Below are positions 54,769 through 64,000 of a stretch of DNA of 64,000 bases, piece by piece; position 1 is the first letter of the stretch, and every line of letters starts with the position of its first letter. The notes beneath the pieces were generated by a model, which saw only the letters and a list, made by a program, of their open reading frames with translations, did no database searches and had not been told where the DNA came from. The stretch is from a virus. Made by a program: the position numbers and the translations under genes. The DNA lies in IMG/VR virus record IMGVR_UViG_3300047299_000067, positions 53,306 through 117,305 of that record; one strand, written 5' to 3'.

Positions 54769-56784
54769 TTAAATGTATGTTAAAATAATAGTCAATTGAC
54801 CGGTGTCAATTGACGTAGTTGTTATCTCTGCAACAACTTCTGTGTAAGTGTTTATTTGATAATCAGGTGCAGTAGAATAAGCACCTAACTGTGTAAGTCT
54901 AACGTCTTGATTGGATAATAAGGCGTTTATATTTTGGCTAAAACCAACAGTTAGTGTTGTATTGCTATGGCATTGTTCAGTTACAATCGCTCGCACTTCT
55001 TTAACAGTACGACCTTGGCTTATAGTGCCGATAGACAATGGATGTATACCTATTTCTGCAAATGTACTTAAGTCGATGTTTATTACCAGTGTTCTAGCAT
55101 CAACTGCCTCGCTTCGCTCGTTACCAAACGGTTTCCATTGACTACCGTCCCAAATGTAAATAGCCCATTCATTATTTCCTGCGTTGATAACATGTGCTTG
55201 GTCGCCTATTAACGGATACAATGCATCTCGTGCAACTAAATCTGCAACAACAGTAGTCTTGCTCGAACGCAAACCCTGTTCGATGTTTAAGCCCAGTGCA
55301 TAACGACCTGTTTGCCCGCTTATAACTCCGGAACGATCTAGAAAAGTTCCTTGAACATCTCGAATAGTAATAGGACCGCCGTCTGCTCTAGTTAGTCGTA
55401 ATGAGAATGTAACAGTATTTTCTGCGACAAATAATGGCAAACCACTTACGCTACCCGGCCCTGCAAAGTTATTTCCATTAGCATCTGGACTGATATTTTC
55501 TATAGTAATGCTGCCACCTGCTGTATGCAAAACAGACAGCATTGTTCCGTCGACTGCTGAAGCGATAATGTCTGGAATTCCTGCATTGTTGATCTCTACT
55601 ACCATGTCGTTTACGTCTGCAACAGTTGGATCACCATATGCCGCACTACCGCTAACAGTAGTTGCAAAACTAATAACAGTGCCATTAATGCTTGCACTAA
55701 ACGGACTATAACCTGCAACAATACCATATGCAGTTTGTATACCTTCTGCTCCAGATAATGCTTGTGTGGCAGCGCCGACTTTACTTGCAGTTATTTTGTG
55801 AAAGTAAGTATCTGCATTTATAACTGTAATAATTTCGTCTAAACTAACTGTAGCACCGTTGCTACCTGTTAGTGTCATAGACTTGCGATTAAATTCTATA
55901 ACTTCGCCTTCTTGTGCTTCTGGATTTATTCCTGTGCCGGTTGTTATACTTGGTATAGCATAATCTATCTTCATGTAAATAGGTCGACGACTTGCATCGT
56001 TAGTTGTTAAGTCGCCAGAACCATCTATGCTTGGATAAATGTAATCTCCTACTATTCCGGGTAAGTTAGGAACAAAGTCGATGATACCGTTTGCGGGACG
56101 CAAAATAAACTGATGCGGACCGGGTCCTGGATAAACAACCGTGCCGATAAATTTGTCAACATTGTTGTTATCGCTTAGGACAAATTCTTCATTTTCGATA
56201 CAAATAGCATCGCCTTGTTCGAAGTTGTTATTTGGCTTTTCTAATACATAGTTGATTAGGGGGTTTAAGTATTGGAATCTACTAAAAACGTTATCGGCAA
56301 AATCTGCTGCTGCTTCACCTGGTACCGGGTCTAGCATAGGATATCCAACTTCGTTGATTTGGAAGAAAATAACAGCACCCGGTGTATTAAATAAACCAAA
56401 ACCGGTTGGATCACGGAATGTATTATAACGTAACCTATCTTCTACAATGGCAACAATTTCGCTGTCAGATTTACTTAAGATGCTCATGATTTGGCAAACT
56501 TTGCCATCTTGTGCTCCGCCTACAAAATCACCGACTTCTATGTCTTGTGCGTTGAATCTAAATGGAGTACGAGTCAAATGACTTCCGTGCAATCGTTCGT
56601 TTACTGTAAACGTAACTTGCCAGCGATAGTACTGCGGGTTAGGACCTCCAGACCAATATGGATCATCTTCGCCGTTGGCATATGGCCAAAGGCTCAAACT
56701 AATAAAAGAAGTGGCAGTTCCCGATAAAACTTTACTAGGTTTGTTAAGTCCAATAAAGTTTGTTTTCCATGCTTGAATACTCAT
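54769..56784 (-). CDS. putative virion structural protein
   Basis: 671 aa, beta-rich Gly/Thr composition; adjacent to the fibre gene. Confidence 0.55.
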   Translation of the reverse strand: MSIQAWKTNFIGLNKPSKVLSGTATSFISLSLWPYANGEDDPYWSGGPNPQYYRWQVTFTVNERLHGSHLTRTPFRFNAQDIEVGDFVGGAQDGKVCQIMSILSKSDSEIVAIVEDRLRYNTFRDPTGFGLFNTPGAVIFFQINEVGYPMLDPVPGEAAADFADNVFSRFQYLNPLINYVLEKPNNNFEQGDAICIENEEFVLSDNNNVDKFIGTVVYPGPGPHQFILRPANGIIDFVPNLPGIVGDYIYPSIDGSGDLTTNDASRRPIYMKIDYAIPSITTGTGINPEAQEGEVIEFNRKSMTLTGSNGATVSLDEIITVINADTYFHKITASKVGAATQALSGAEGIQTAYGIVAGYSPFSASINGTVISFATTVSGSAAYGDPTVADVNDMVVEINNAGIPDIIASAVDGTMLSVLHTAGGSITIENISPDANGNNFAGPGSVSGLPLFVAENTVTFSLRLTRADGGPITIRDVQGTFLDRSGVISGQTGRYALGLNIEQGLRSSKTTVVADLVARDALYPLIGDQAHVINAGNNEWAIYIWDGSQWKPFGNERSEAVDARTLVINIDLSTFAEIGIHPLSIGTISQGRTVKEVRAIVTEQCHSNTTLTVGFSQNINALLSNQDVRLTQLGAYSTAPDYQINTYTEVVAEITTTSIDTGQLTIILTYI

Positions 56785-56793
56785 TCTTATCCT

Positions 56794-58590
56794 TTATACT
56801 GCACTCAAAATAAACTGAATAATACAGTGTGTAGTTTGTCCTACCGCTGCACTTGCACCGGTCGCTGCTTTAGTTAAACCTAATGTCATAGTGCTCGAGT
56901 TCGAATCAAATGCATCAAACGCAGTCGGGCTTCCGCTTGTGCCACCTGCTAATAATGTACGTGTTGGAAAGTCGCTTGCTAATGCACGAGTTACATACAC
57001 GTTGTTAGTGCGTTGGTAACCATATACTTGTATGCCCAACGGTGTACTTGTGCTGCCTGTAAATGTAAATGTTACAGTAGCAGTTGTGCTAGTAGCAGTT
57101 GCAATAACCGCACTGATATTTCCGTCTAATATGCTTACTGAGCTTAAGTTACCGCTGGCATCATACTCTACTCTTGCAGTTGCTTTGTAAATAGAACTAG
57201 AGCCGCCACCTCCAGAACTTGCAACAGTTCCCGGAGCCCATGTGTTCCCGTTCCATACTAGAGCTTGCCCCGTAGTAGGAGTAACGTTTGCAACGTCTGC
57301 TAGCGCCATTAGGTTACTTTGTGCTAATCTATTGTCGAATCTATTGTTAGTAAAATATAAGTTATTGGCACCTTCTGGTACTTGATCGGTGTTAGCATTT
57401 AAGCTAATGGCGCCAGTACTTGCATTATAACTAATACCTGCACCTGCACTTAAAGAAGACCTTGCTCTGGCGTTGGTGAAATATTGATTAGTTCCTTCGG
57501 CTATGTCGCTCGAAGTAACTCCGTTTAATGCAGTAGTAACGCTTACGTTTCCGCTAGAATCAAATGTTGCTAATCCAGTTACTTTACCTGTTAATGCAAT
57601 ATTATGCGGGGCAACACCGTCGGCACCGGCCGGTCCTGTTAAACCTTGCGGTCCTTGGATACCTTGTGCACCGGCAGCGCCAGTCGCCCCTGTTAAACCT
57701 TGTGGACCTTGTGCGCCTGTATCTCCTATGTCTCCTTTTGGACCAGCTACGCCCTGGGGACCTTGCGGGCCTACTGTGCTGCCGGCGTTGATAGTTGATC
57801 CGTTGCTTAACGATAATACTAATTGACCCGAACCATTTACGGCTGCGCCAGTAATACTAATACCTTGTGTGCCAGTCGCGCCTTGCGGACCTTGGGCGCC
57901 AGTTGCTCCTTGAACCCCTGCTGCGCCTTTAACTAAACCAGCATTAACAATAGCACCGTCTGTTTTTGTTAAAATTAAATTGCCCGAGCTGTCTACTACT
58001 GCATTTGCAAACCCAATACCAGTTGCACCCGTTGCACCTTGTGGGCCAGTTGCGCCAGCACCACCCTGAACATATCCAGCATCTATGGTGCTGCCATTAC
58101 TTAAAGTAATAATCAAACGACCATTAACATTCACTGCGGCATTGCTAATAGCAGTTGCGCCGCCAGTTGCATCGTTATCGGCAGCATACCAATAACTACC
58201 ATTAAAAGTTAAAACTTGTCCAGTTAATGCTTCTGTTACTGCAACATCGGTTAGCCCGTCTAGTGTTAATATAGGATCCGGAATATTACTTATAGCAGTA
58301 TCGACATATCCTTTGGTAGCCGCATGTAGCGGAGCAGTGGGATTTCCTGGCAGTGTAATAGGACCTGTTACAATACCACCCGTTGTGTTCATCTTACCCT
58401 GTAATGCAGCTAATAATGTAGATGCAAAATTAGGGTCGTTGTTAATCGCATCGCCTAATTCCTTAAGCGTATCTAGAATCTGAGGCGCACCACTTAAAAG
58501 TTGCTGCACTTCGGATTCGATATATTGTTTAACTTTTTCTTCATTAATCGGCTGTTCTTCGCCGCCTAATCCATCTACATAAATTGCCAT
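56794..58590 (-). CDS. collagen-repeat tail fibre/structural protein
   Basis: Multiple (G-x-y)n runs; [31 protein letters not shown] fibre motifs. Confidence 0.85.
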   Translation of the reverse strand: MAIYVDGLGGEEQPINEEKVKQYIESEVQQLLSGAPQILDTLKELGDAINNDPNFASTLLAALQGKMNTTGGIVTGPITLPGNPTAPLHAATKGYVDTAISNIPDPILTLDGLTDVAVTEALTGQVLTFNGSYWYAADNDATGGATAISNAAVNVNGRLIITLSNGSTIDAGYVQGGAGATGPQGATGATGIGFANAVVDSSGNLILTKTDGAIVNAGLVKGAAGVQGATGAQGPQGATGTQGISITGAAVNGSGQLVLSLSNGSTINAGSTVGPQGPQGVAGPKGDIGDTGAQGPQGLTGATGAAGAQGIQGPQGLTGPAGADGVAPHNIALTGKVTGLATFDSSGNVSVTTALNGVTSSDIAEGTNQYFTNARARSSLSAGAGISYNASTGAISLNANTDQVPEGANNLYFTNNRFDNRLAQSNLMALADVANVTPTTGQALVWNGNTWAPGTVASSGGGGSSSIYKATARVEYDASGNLSSVSILDGNISAVIATATSTTATVTFTFTGSTSTPLGIQVYGYQRTNNVYVTRALASDFPTRTLLAGGTSGSPTAFDAFDSNSSTMTLGLTKAATGASAAVGQTTHCIIQFILSAV

Positions 58591-58593
58591 ATA

Positions 58594-58965
58594 TTATATA
58601 CTCAACATTACTTTGGTAATATCACCTATTGATGATGTATCAGTTAAATAACTGCGAATTTTTCTAAACCTAACTAAAACAAAATTACCTCTAAACATAA
58701 ACGCTTCGTTTCCTGTTTTAGGAGTAGAGTATTGTTTATACGGCGTGCTTGGTAATATCCAAACAGGAAACCAATCTGCTTCGGTTGGGTTAATATCCAA
58801 CGTAGCTTCGATTTGGACCCTGCCTAGAAATTGGTTAAATTGAACCGCAATCGTATGAAAACCTTCTCTGTAACCATAATAACCGTCTCCTCGTGCAGGA
58901 TTGCTTAGTTGATCGATTTCACCGTTACCTACCATTAAGGTAATGGTGCTCATATTAGTTGCCAT
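58594..58965 (-). CDS. hypothetical structural protein
   Basis: GDGYYG..GFHT...F.GNFV.VR. Confidence 0.6.
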   Translation of the reverse strand: MATNMSTITLMVGNGEIDQLSNPARGDGYYGYREGFHTIAVQFNQFLGRVQIEATLDINPTEADWFPVWILPSTPYKQYSTPKTGNEAFMFRGNFVLVRFRKIRSYLTDTSSIGDITKVMLSI

Positions 58966-59128
58966 CGCTTAATACCTCTACAACAACATTGTCGCCTACT
59001 AATTCTTGGGCAACTTGCTCTAATGCGGCTTGAACGTCAGGACCTGCAATACTAGAAACTTCTGCGTTGCTATCTTTGACGATTTTGCTAAATTTGATTA
59101 TTACTATGTCTTCTACTATCTTTGCCAT
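58955..59128 (-). CDS. small hypothetical protein (not in ORF track)
   Basis: MAKIVEDIVIIKFSKIVKD...LEQVAQELVG; GGAGG RBS; TAAATA upstream. Confidence 0.65.
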   Translation of the reverse strand: MAKIVEDIVIIKFSKIVKDSNAEVSSIAGPDVQAALEQVAQELVGDNVVVEVLSDGN

Positions 59129-59164
59129 TATTCGGCCTCCGTTTAGTAATATTTAGCCAAAACG

Positions 59165-59190
59165 AAAGGCGCAGGTTGAATTGCGCCTTT
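59165..59190 (-). terminator. hairpin, probable terminator
   Basis: AAAGGCGCA-N8-TGCGCCTTT. Confidence 0.55.
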
Positions 59191-59205
59191 GGTAAATGAT
59201 TACTT

Positions 59206-59904
59206 TTATTCGTGCATTAAGCTGTCTAAAAGTACGATTTCTTCTATTTTTTGAATTTGATTATTATACCTTAGTTGAAACATCATTAAGTCATCTACAT
59301 CATTTAGATAAACTGCTATAGTGTAACCTATAAACCGGATATTTTTTTGAGTCTTAAACATCTTGTCGAGACAAGAATTTACGTCCCAATCCATTCCGGA
59401 ATTTTCTAAATATTCTTGTAAGTCTTTATAACGAGCCAATCTCAATTCATAATCATGCTTGAATGTAATTTTAAATTTAAATCGTTTAATGAATAAATTA
59501 GGACGTACAATAACTTTTCTATGATTGTCGATTAAATCAGCATGTTTATCGTTTGATGGATGTTCTAATTCTATAACCCTAGTGCTGCAAGCTACTAAAA
59601 CATTTTCGATAGTATCTAAATCATTAGTAAAGACACTTATTTTATTACACTCATGTCTTAACCTATAATCGACTCCTTCGGGGATAGCACGTTTAATTTT
59701 GTAAAGAAGCGCGTTGATTAAGTCGCGACGATTTTCCCAAGAATCATAACGATGTGCCCAGTAGCTTGCAGTTGGAATATTTCGCTTGACTAATTTAGTC
59801 TTGTCGATTTCCAAAGTAATCTTTGTGCGATATTTTTGATAATACACCTTCTGGGTATATTTTACTTTACACCCGGGAGGTATGATTTCGTTATTTAAGT
59901 TCAT
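59206..59904 (-). CDS. hypothetical protein
   Basis: 232-aa ORF. Confidence 0.6.
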   Translation of the reverse strand: MNLNNEIIPPGCKVKYTQKVYYQKYRTKITLEIDKTKLVKRNIPTASYWAHRYDSWENRRDLINALLYKIKRAIPEGVDYRLRHECNKISVFTNDLDTIENVLVACSTRVIELEHPSNDKHADLIDNHRKVIVRPNLFIKRFKFKITFKHDYELRLARYKDLQEYLENSGMDWDVNSCLDKMFKTQKNIRFIGYTIAVYLNDVDDLMMFQLRYNNQIQKIEEIVLLDSLMHE

Positions 59905-62092
59905 AGTCTGTACCGTTATGAGTAACGACTAGACTTGTATTTGTAATGTTCTCAAAAACAATTTTCTTACTAAGCGGCTTTTTAATCTTTTCTGCGATTA
60001 GTCGCTTCATTGGTCTAGCACCCATCTTTTCGTCGAAGCCATCTTCGACCAATTTATTTAGTGCAGAGTCTTCTACATTAATAGTAATGTTTTTCTCTAC
60101 TAACAAATCGTTAAGTTCTTTAACAAACTTGAGAGCGATTGGTTTGACTTGTTCTTTAGACAATCGATTGAATTCGACAATAGCATCCAATCGATTGCGG
60201 AACTCAGGCGTAAAGTGTCTATTCACAGCATCTTTACTTGCGCTGCTATTCGGGCTATTATCGAAACCAATTCGACTACGTTCTCCGTCTCTTGCTCCTA
60301 AGTTACTGGTTAGGATGATAATTGCATTACGGGCACTAACGGTTTTGCCATTACTGCTGGTTAGCATACCATTGTCCATTACCCCTAACAAAATGTTAAG
60401 AACATCTGGGTGGGCTTTTTCGACTTCGTCTAGTAACAAAATAGCACTAGGGTTTTCTTCTAAGTCATTAATTAACTTACCGCCGCCTGCTCCACCTTCA
60501 CCGTAACCAACATAACCTGGAGGAGCACCGATCAAACTGGCTACTTTATGACTTTCCATATACTCGCTCATGTCATATCGCAACAATGACATGCCGAGAC
60601 AATTGGCCAATTGCTGAGCCAGTTCTGTTTTACCTACACCAGTCGGTCCCACAAACAAATAGTTACCCATTGTTTTATTAAGTTCTTTCAAACCAGCTTT
60701 GGCAATATAAACGCTGTCGAGCAGTTTATCTACAGCTTGATCTTGTCCGAATACTTTCTTCTTAATAGAAGTTTCATAATCAAAATCAGTAGCTTCGTGC
60801 TTGGTATTCATTTGTTCCATTGGCACTTTAGCTTGCTTGCTGATTTCTAACTTGATATCATCCAGAGTTAGGAATTTATCGCGCCCACTTACTTTCAACA
60901 ATGCCATAGCGCTGTCTAGAATGTCGATTGCTTTGTCGGGTAAAAACTTATCATGCATATGCTTGACACTCAATTCTACTACAGCGTCAATAGCTTCTGA
61001 TTGTACTTCAATTTCATGATACTTTTCATACTCGGGCATAATTGCATGCAACATTGTTTTGCACGATTCTGCGTCCATTTCTTGTACGTCTAGTTTAGTA
61101 AAGCGACGAGCCAATGCACGTTCTGGTTCGATTGTTTCGCGATATTCTTCCCATGTGGTAGAACCGATGATTTGGATACGTCCACGAGTAAGAGCAGGCT
61201 TGATTAAGTTAGCCATGTCGGTGTTGCTGGACCCAGCGGCACCTGCACCTACAATAGTGTGAATTTCGTCAATGAACAAAATAGCATTAGGACGATCTTC
61301 TAATACGTCGATAACTTGCTTTACACGTTCCTCAAAGTCACCTCGATATTTTGTACCAGCCATCAACGCGCCCATATCCAGACTATAAATGATGCTGTTT
61401 TCCAATGTGCTTGGTACTTGCTTTTCTACGATACGTCGAGCGAGACCTTCGACAATATGTGTTTTACCTACACCTGGATCGCCTACTAAGATTGCATTAC
61501 GCTTTTTGCGACGAGCAAGAATTTGACTCAATACGCCGACTTCTTCATTGCGACCAATAAGAGGATCGATTCGTTCTGCGGTAGCTTCTTCGTTTAAGTT
61601 AACACAATATTCGTCGAGTAGTTTTTCTGTGCCTTTTTTGCCTTTTGCAGACGACTTGGCTGTGGTAGTTTTAGTGATAGCATCTAAGAACGAATCTTTT
61701 GTAATGCCATGATGTGCCAGATAAAAACATGCATGACTATTCTTTTCACTTAGAATACTTAACAACATGTCTTGTGGTGCGATGCCAGCACGACCGTGGA
61801 ACAATGCTTGCGTAAATGCGCGATTAAATGCACGCTCCAGGCTTTGAGTTTTGCGTGGCTTAGTCAATCCGCTTACTACGAGATAATCTTGGCTGCTTAG
61901 AAAATTTAAGATATCTTCTAACACTGGCTGACTATTAATGCCCATATTGGTAAAATAGTCTTGGATTTCTTTGTTTTCGAGTAAAACTAAAGTGAGGTGT
62001 TCTAGTGTAACGTACTCGTGTTCTTTGTGTAGTGCAAAACGAAATGCTCGTTCCAAAATGTCATTAATTGCGCTATTGTCTTCCATTGCCAT
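59891..62092 (-). CDS. clpA: ClpA-type ATP-dependent Clp protease ATP-binding subunit
   Basis: Clp N domain (EYVTLEHL); two AAA modules ([16 protein letters not shown]); RIGF ClpP-docking loop; no ClpB middle domain. Confidence 0.92.
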   Translation of the reverse strand: MAMEDNSAINDILERAFRFALHKEHEYVTLEHLTLVLLENKEIQDYFTNMGINSQPVLEDILNFLSSQDYLVVSGLTKPRKTQSLERAFNRAFTQALFHGRAGIAPQDMLLSILSEKNSHACFYLAHHGITKDSFLDAITKTTTAKSSAKGKKGTEKLLDEYCVNLNEEATAERIDPLIGRNEEVGVLSQILARRKKRNAILVGDPGVGKTHIVEGLARRIVEKQVPSTLENSIIYSLDMGALMAGTKYRGDFEERVKQVIDVLEDRPNAILFIDEIHTIVGAGAAGSSNTDMANLIKPALTRGRIQIIGSTTWEEYRETIEPERALARRFTKLDVQEMDAESCKTMLHAIMPEYEKYHEIEVQSEAIDAVVELSVKHMHDKFLPDKAIDILDSAMALLKVSGRDKFLTLDDIKLEISKQAKVPMEQMNTKHEATDFDYETSIKKKVFGQDQAVDKLLDSVYIAKAGLKELNKTMGNYLFVGPTGVGKTELAQQLANCLGMSLLRYDMSEYMESHKVASLIGAPPGYVGYGEGGAGGGKLINDLEENPSAILLLDEVEKAHPDVLNILLGVMDNGMLTSSNGKTVSARNAIIILTSNLGARDGERSRIGFDNSPNSSASKDAVNRHFTPEFRNRLDAIVEFNRLSKEQVKPIALKFVKELNDLLVEKNITINVEDSALNKLVEDGFDEKMGARPMKRLIAEKIKKPLSKKIVFENITNTSLVVTHNGTDYELK

Positions 62093-62169
62093 TCGATACT
62101 TCCTTTTCAAATTTACTGGCCTAGTAAAAACTAGTTGTAGTGCAATAATACATGTTTATTGCAGTTCTG

Positions 62170-62463
62170 TCAATAAAAACCTAACCAATTTCTTGGAGGA
62201 TTTACTTTAATCGGGTCTCTTTTACATTTTTCAATTTGGCTAGATAGTAAAACTTTAGTAGAAGGATCGCCATTTTTAATTCCTTCTGCAATAACCAAAA
62301 GGCACGCGGCTTCGGCAGCATTTTGGCTAGCTGCCAGACGATTGGTAAGTTCTAAATATTGGGAATAGTTTGCATCGTAGGTTGCGCACCCAGATAGCAA
62401 TAAGCCGGCAAATATTATTTTGAGTTTGCTCGGTCGAAGATTTCTTTTTGTTTCGTGTACCAT
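62170..62463 (-). CDS. putative lipoprotein (start uncertain)
   Basis: Lipobox LLLSGC. Confidence 0.55.
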   Translation of the reverse strand: MVHETKRNLRPSKLKIIFAGLLLSGCATYDANYSQYLELTNRLAASQNAAEAACLLVIAEGIKNGDPSTKVLLSSQIEKCKRDPIKVNPPRNWLGFY

Positions 62464-62687
62464 TCATTCCATCCATCTACTTTATTAGAGCATTGGTGAT
62501 ATAATGCATAGTTTTGAATAACTACTTTTAGAAATTCTGTTATTTCGCTTTGATTTGGCTGCACTTGCATAAGTGATTGACATTTTTCCGTTAATGCAGG
62601 AGCAACTTGCGGAAATTGTTGTTTTACTGGAACTGGTGTAGAACATGCAACTAGGAATAATGTCGAGACTAGTAATAGTTTTTTCAT
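62415..62687 (-). CDS. o-spanin (Rz1-like lipoprotein)
   Basis: [15 protein letters not shown] lipobox; Pro-rich; overlaps the i-spanin. Confidence 0.7.
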   Translation of the reverse strand: MKKLLLVSTLFLVACSTPVPVKQQFPQVAPALTEKCQSLMQVQPNQSEITEFLKVVIQNYALYHQCSNKVDGWNEWYTKQKEIFDRANSK

Positions 62688-63142
62688 TGAGGTGCACCTG
62701 CTGCTTTGTTATGTTCGTCGATGATTACTTTTGGTACAGGGCAATATTCAATATACTTAACAACTTCTTCACGTTGCTTGATTACTTTATCGACATATTC
62801 GATTTGTGTTTTTGTTCGTTCTTTAACGATTCTGTCTTTGTATACAATTTTTTCTTGTATGACAATAGTTTCTTTCTTGCCTTGCTCTTGTGCTACTGCT
62901 AATTTTTGTTCTAATTGAGTGACACGATTTTGCCATTTTTCTTCGTTGGCGACTACACCAAAAAAGTAAGTGCCGATAATAATACCAATTACGCCACATA
63001 CTCTTAGCGGCAATTTGTATTGTTTAACAAACGGAATTGCACTTAAAAAATAAGAAGCGATTACTGCTACAATACCCGACCATAATACCATAGTCCAAAA
63101 CCAATTTGGTATTAGGTCTATCATCCATATTAATTGACTCAT
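62684..63142 (-). CDS. i-spanin (Rz-like)
   Basis: N-terminal TM helices, coiled coil, C-terminal CPVP..HNKAA. Confidence 0.65.
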   Translation of the reverse strand: MSQLIWMIDLIPNWFWTMVLWSGIVAVIASYFLSAIPFVKQYKLPLRVCGVIGIIIGTYFFGVVANEEKWQNRVTQLEQKLAVAQEQGKKETIVIQEKIVYKDRIVKERTKTQIEYVDKVIKQREEVVKYIEYCPVPKVIIDEHNKAAGAPQ

Positions 63143-63366
63143 GATTTATACCTAAATGTTATACGACCTTTAGTTAGATCGTATGTGCTTAGTTCAACTT
63201 CTACTAAGTCGTTGTTTAATATGTTTATGTTATGTTTTCTGATTTTACCTGAGATAGTTGCGAGAATAACCTTTTTGATATCTGCTAACTCTACTCTAAA
63301 TGTTGCGTTTGGTAAACATTCGACCACTCGCCCTTTAATTTTAATTAAGTCTTCTTTACTCATCAA
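63139..63366 (-). CDS. infA: translation initiation factor IF-1
   Basis: MSKEDLI...[14 protein letters not shown]...[28 protein letters not shown]. Confidence 0.93.
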   Translation of the reverse strand: MMSKEDLIKIKGRVVECLPNATFRVELADIKKVILATISGKIRKHNINILNNDLVEVELSTYDLTKGRITFRYKS

Positions 63367-63944
63367 TATTTCATTAAAAATTTTAAACGAGTTTTAATTG
63401 ATTCCTGTACCGGATCGACTAAACTTGGTTCGACTTCATTAGTAGTTTCTTCTTCATTAGAATCTACTTCTTGTGCATGCTGTTCTGCATAAAGTGCAGG
63501 ATCTGTAATAACTGATTGATTAAAAGACTCTTGGTCAAATGGAATGTAACTATCCGTGCTCATGGTTTTAAATTTCCATTCTTCGATACCCGTTAGTTTG
63601 GTGCAGTCGTTTAATATACCGTTTATAACTTCAAACGCTTTTTCATCGCGTTTCATTTCTACATAAATTAAATATCTACCTTTGGTATCGGTTGCCGGGC
63701 TAACTTCTACATCGGCATATTTGTGTATGCTATTTTCTATGAATCGTGCCAAATCGTGCGCAGGGGTTCTATCGCCCGCTGCAATACTTAAAACAATATA
63801 GTCTTTATCTTCGCCTAATTTTGTTTTGTGCATGTCGATTAGGACAGTGTCGTCGACTAACCACTTAAGGTCATTTTCGCTTAAATGTTCATTAAGCTTC
63901 TGGGTTGAGTTCATCTGCTGCATTACCTTTTGCTGCTTGTTCAT
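63363..63944 (-). CDS. hypothetical jumbo-phage protein (start uncertain)
   Basis: ID.HKTKLG.D.D.IVLS...DVEVSP...YLIYVE..R. Confidence 0.6.
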   Translation of the reverse strand: MNKQQKVMQQMNSTQKLNEHLSENDLKWLVDDTVLIDMHKTKLGEDKDYIVLSIAAGDRTPAHDLARFIENSIHKYADVEVSPATDTKGRYLIYVEMKRDEKAFEVINGILNDCTKLTGIEEWKFKTMSTDSYIPFDQESFNQSVITDPALYAEQHAQEVDSNEEETTNEVEPSLVDPVQESIKTRLKFLMKY

Positions 63945-64000
63945 CGGTTAAGTTTTCGTCATAAGCGTCTGTTACTGCATCCATGTCGATAGACGCAGAA

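Noticed and set aside
57600-58070. GC-rich nucleotide repeats in the fibre gene
   Set aside because: Explained by ordinary collagen Gly-x-y coding repeats.
1-64000. Plus-strand ORFs in the track (e.g. 1141-1824, 5288-5818, 59946-60506)
   Set aside because: They are antisense shadows of well-supported minus-strand genes, with no RBS or recognisable motifs.
1-64000. Alternative genetic code (TAG/TGA recoding)
   Set aside because: Long conserved genes (polymerase, ClpA, MetK) are full-length in the standard code and coding density is high.

Overview
This is a 64-kb segment of a large (jumbo-type, T4-superfamily-like) dsDNA bacteriophage genome, not a cellular chromosome. Essentially all genes lie on the minus strand and are tightly packed; the plus-strand ORFs in the track are antisense shadows. 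The Rz/Rz1-like spanins and sigma70-type promoters imply a Gram-negative host. Layout by coordinate: (1) 1-8.9 kb, small host-takeover ORFs driven by repeated TTGACACAAA-type/TATAAT early promoters, plus a MoxR AAA+ ATPase and a 2OG-Fe(II) dioxygenase. (2) 9.4-29.8 kb, replication and DNA modification: RNase H/flap nuclease, MetK, QueE, FolE, a DpdL-like T-fold protein, a DpdA/TGT-like transglycosylase, a glycosyltransferase with several sugar-modifying enzymes, a putative sliding clamp and a family-B DNA polymerase. (3) 30.7-50.9 kb, about 15 genes sharing an N-terminal M[RK][LI]xE[LIF] leader; five ORFs in this block are modular and contain a nucleotide-conserved 15-bp 'QGVAE' junction repeat. 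The block carries GH19, GNAT, amidoligase, nucleotidyltransferase and nuclease-like domains, two structured non-coding elements and a GIY-YIG endonuclease. (4) 51-64 kb, UvsE, holin, structural/collagen fibre genes, ClpA, spanins and IF-1. Best candidates for novel biology: the leader plus QGVAE cassette-polyprotein system (probably capsid-packaged, protease-processed cargo), a 7-deazaguanine pathway embedded among sugar enzymes, and the ~500-nt structured intergenic element at 45.3-45.8 kb. All family calls come from motif reading; no searches were run.
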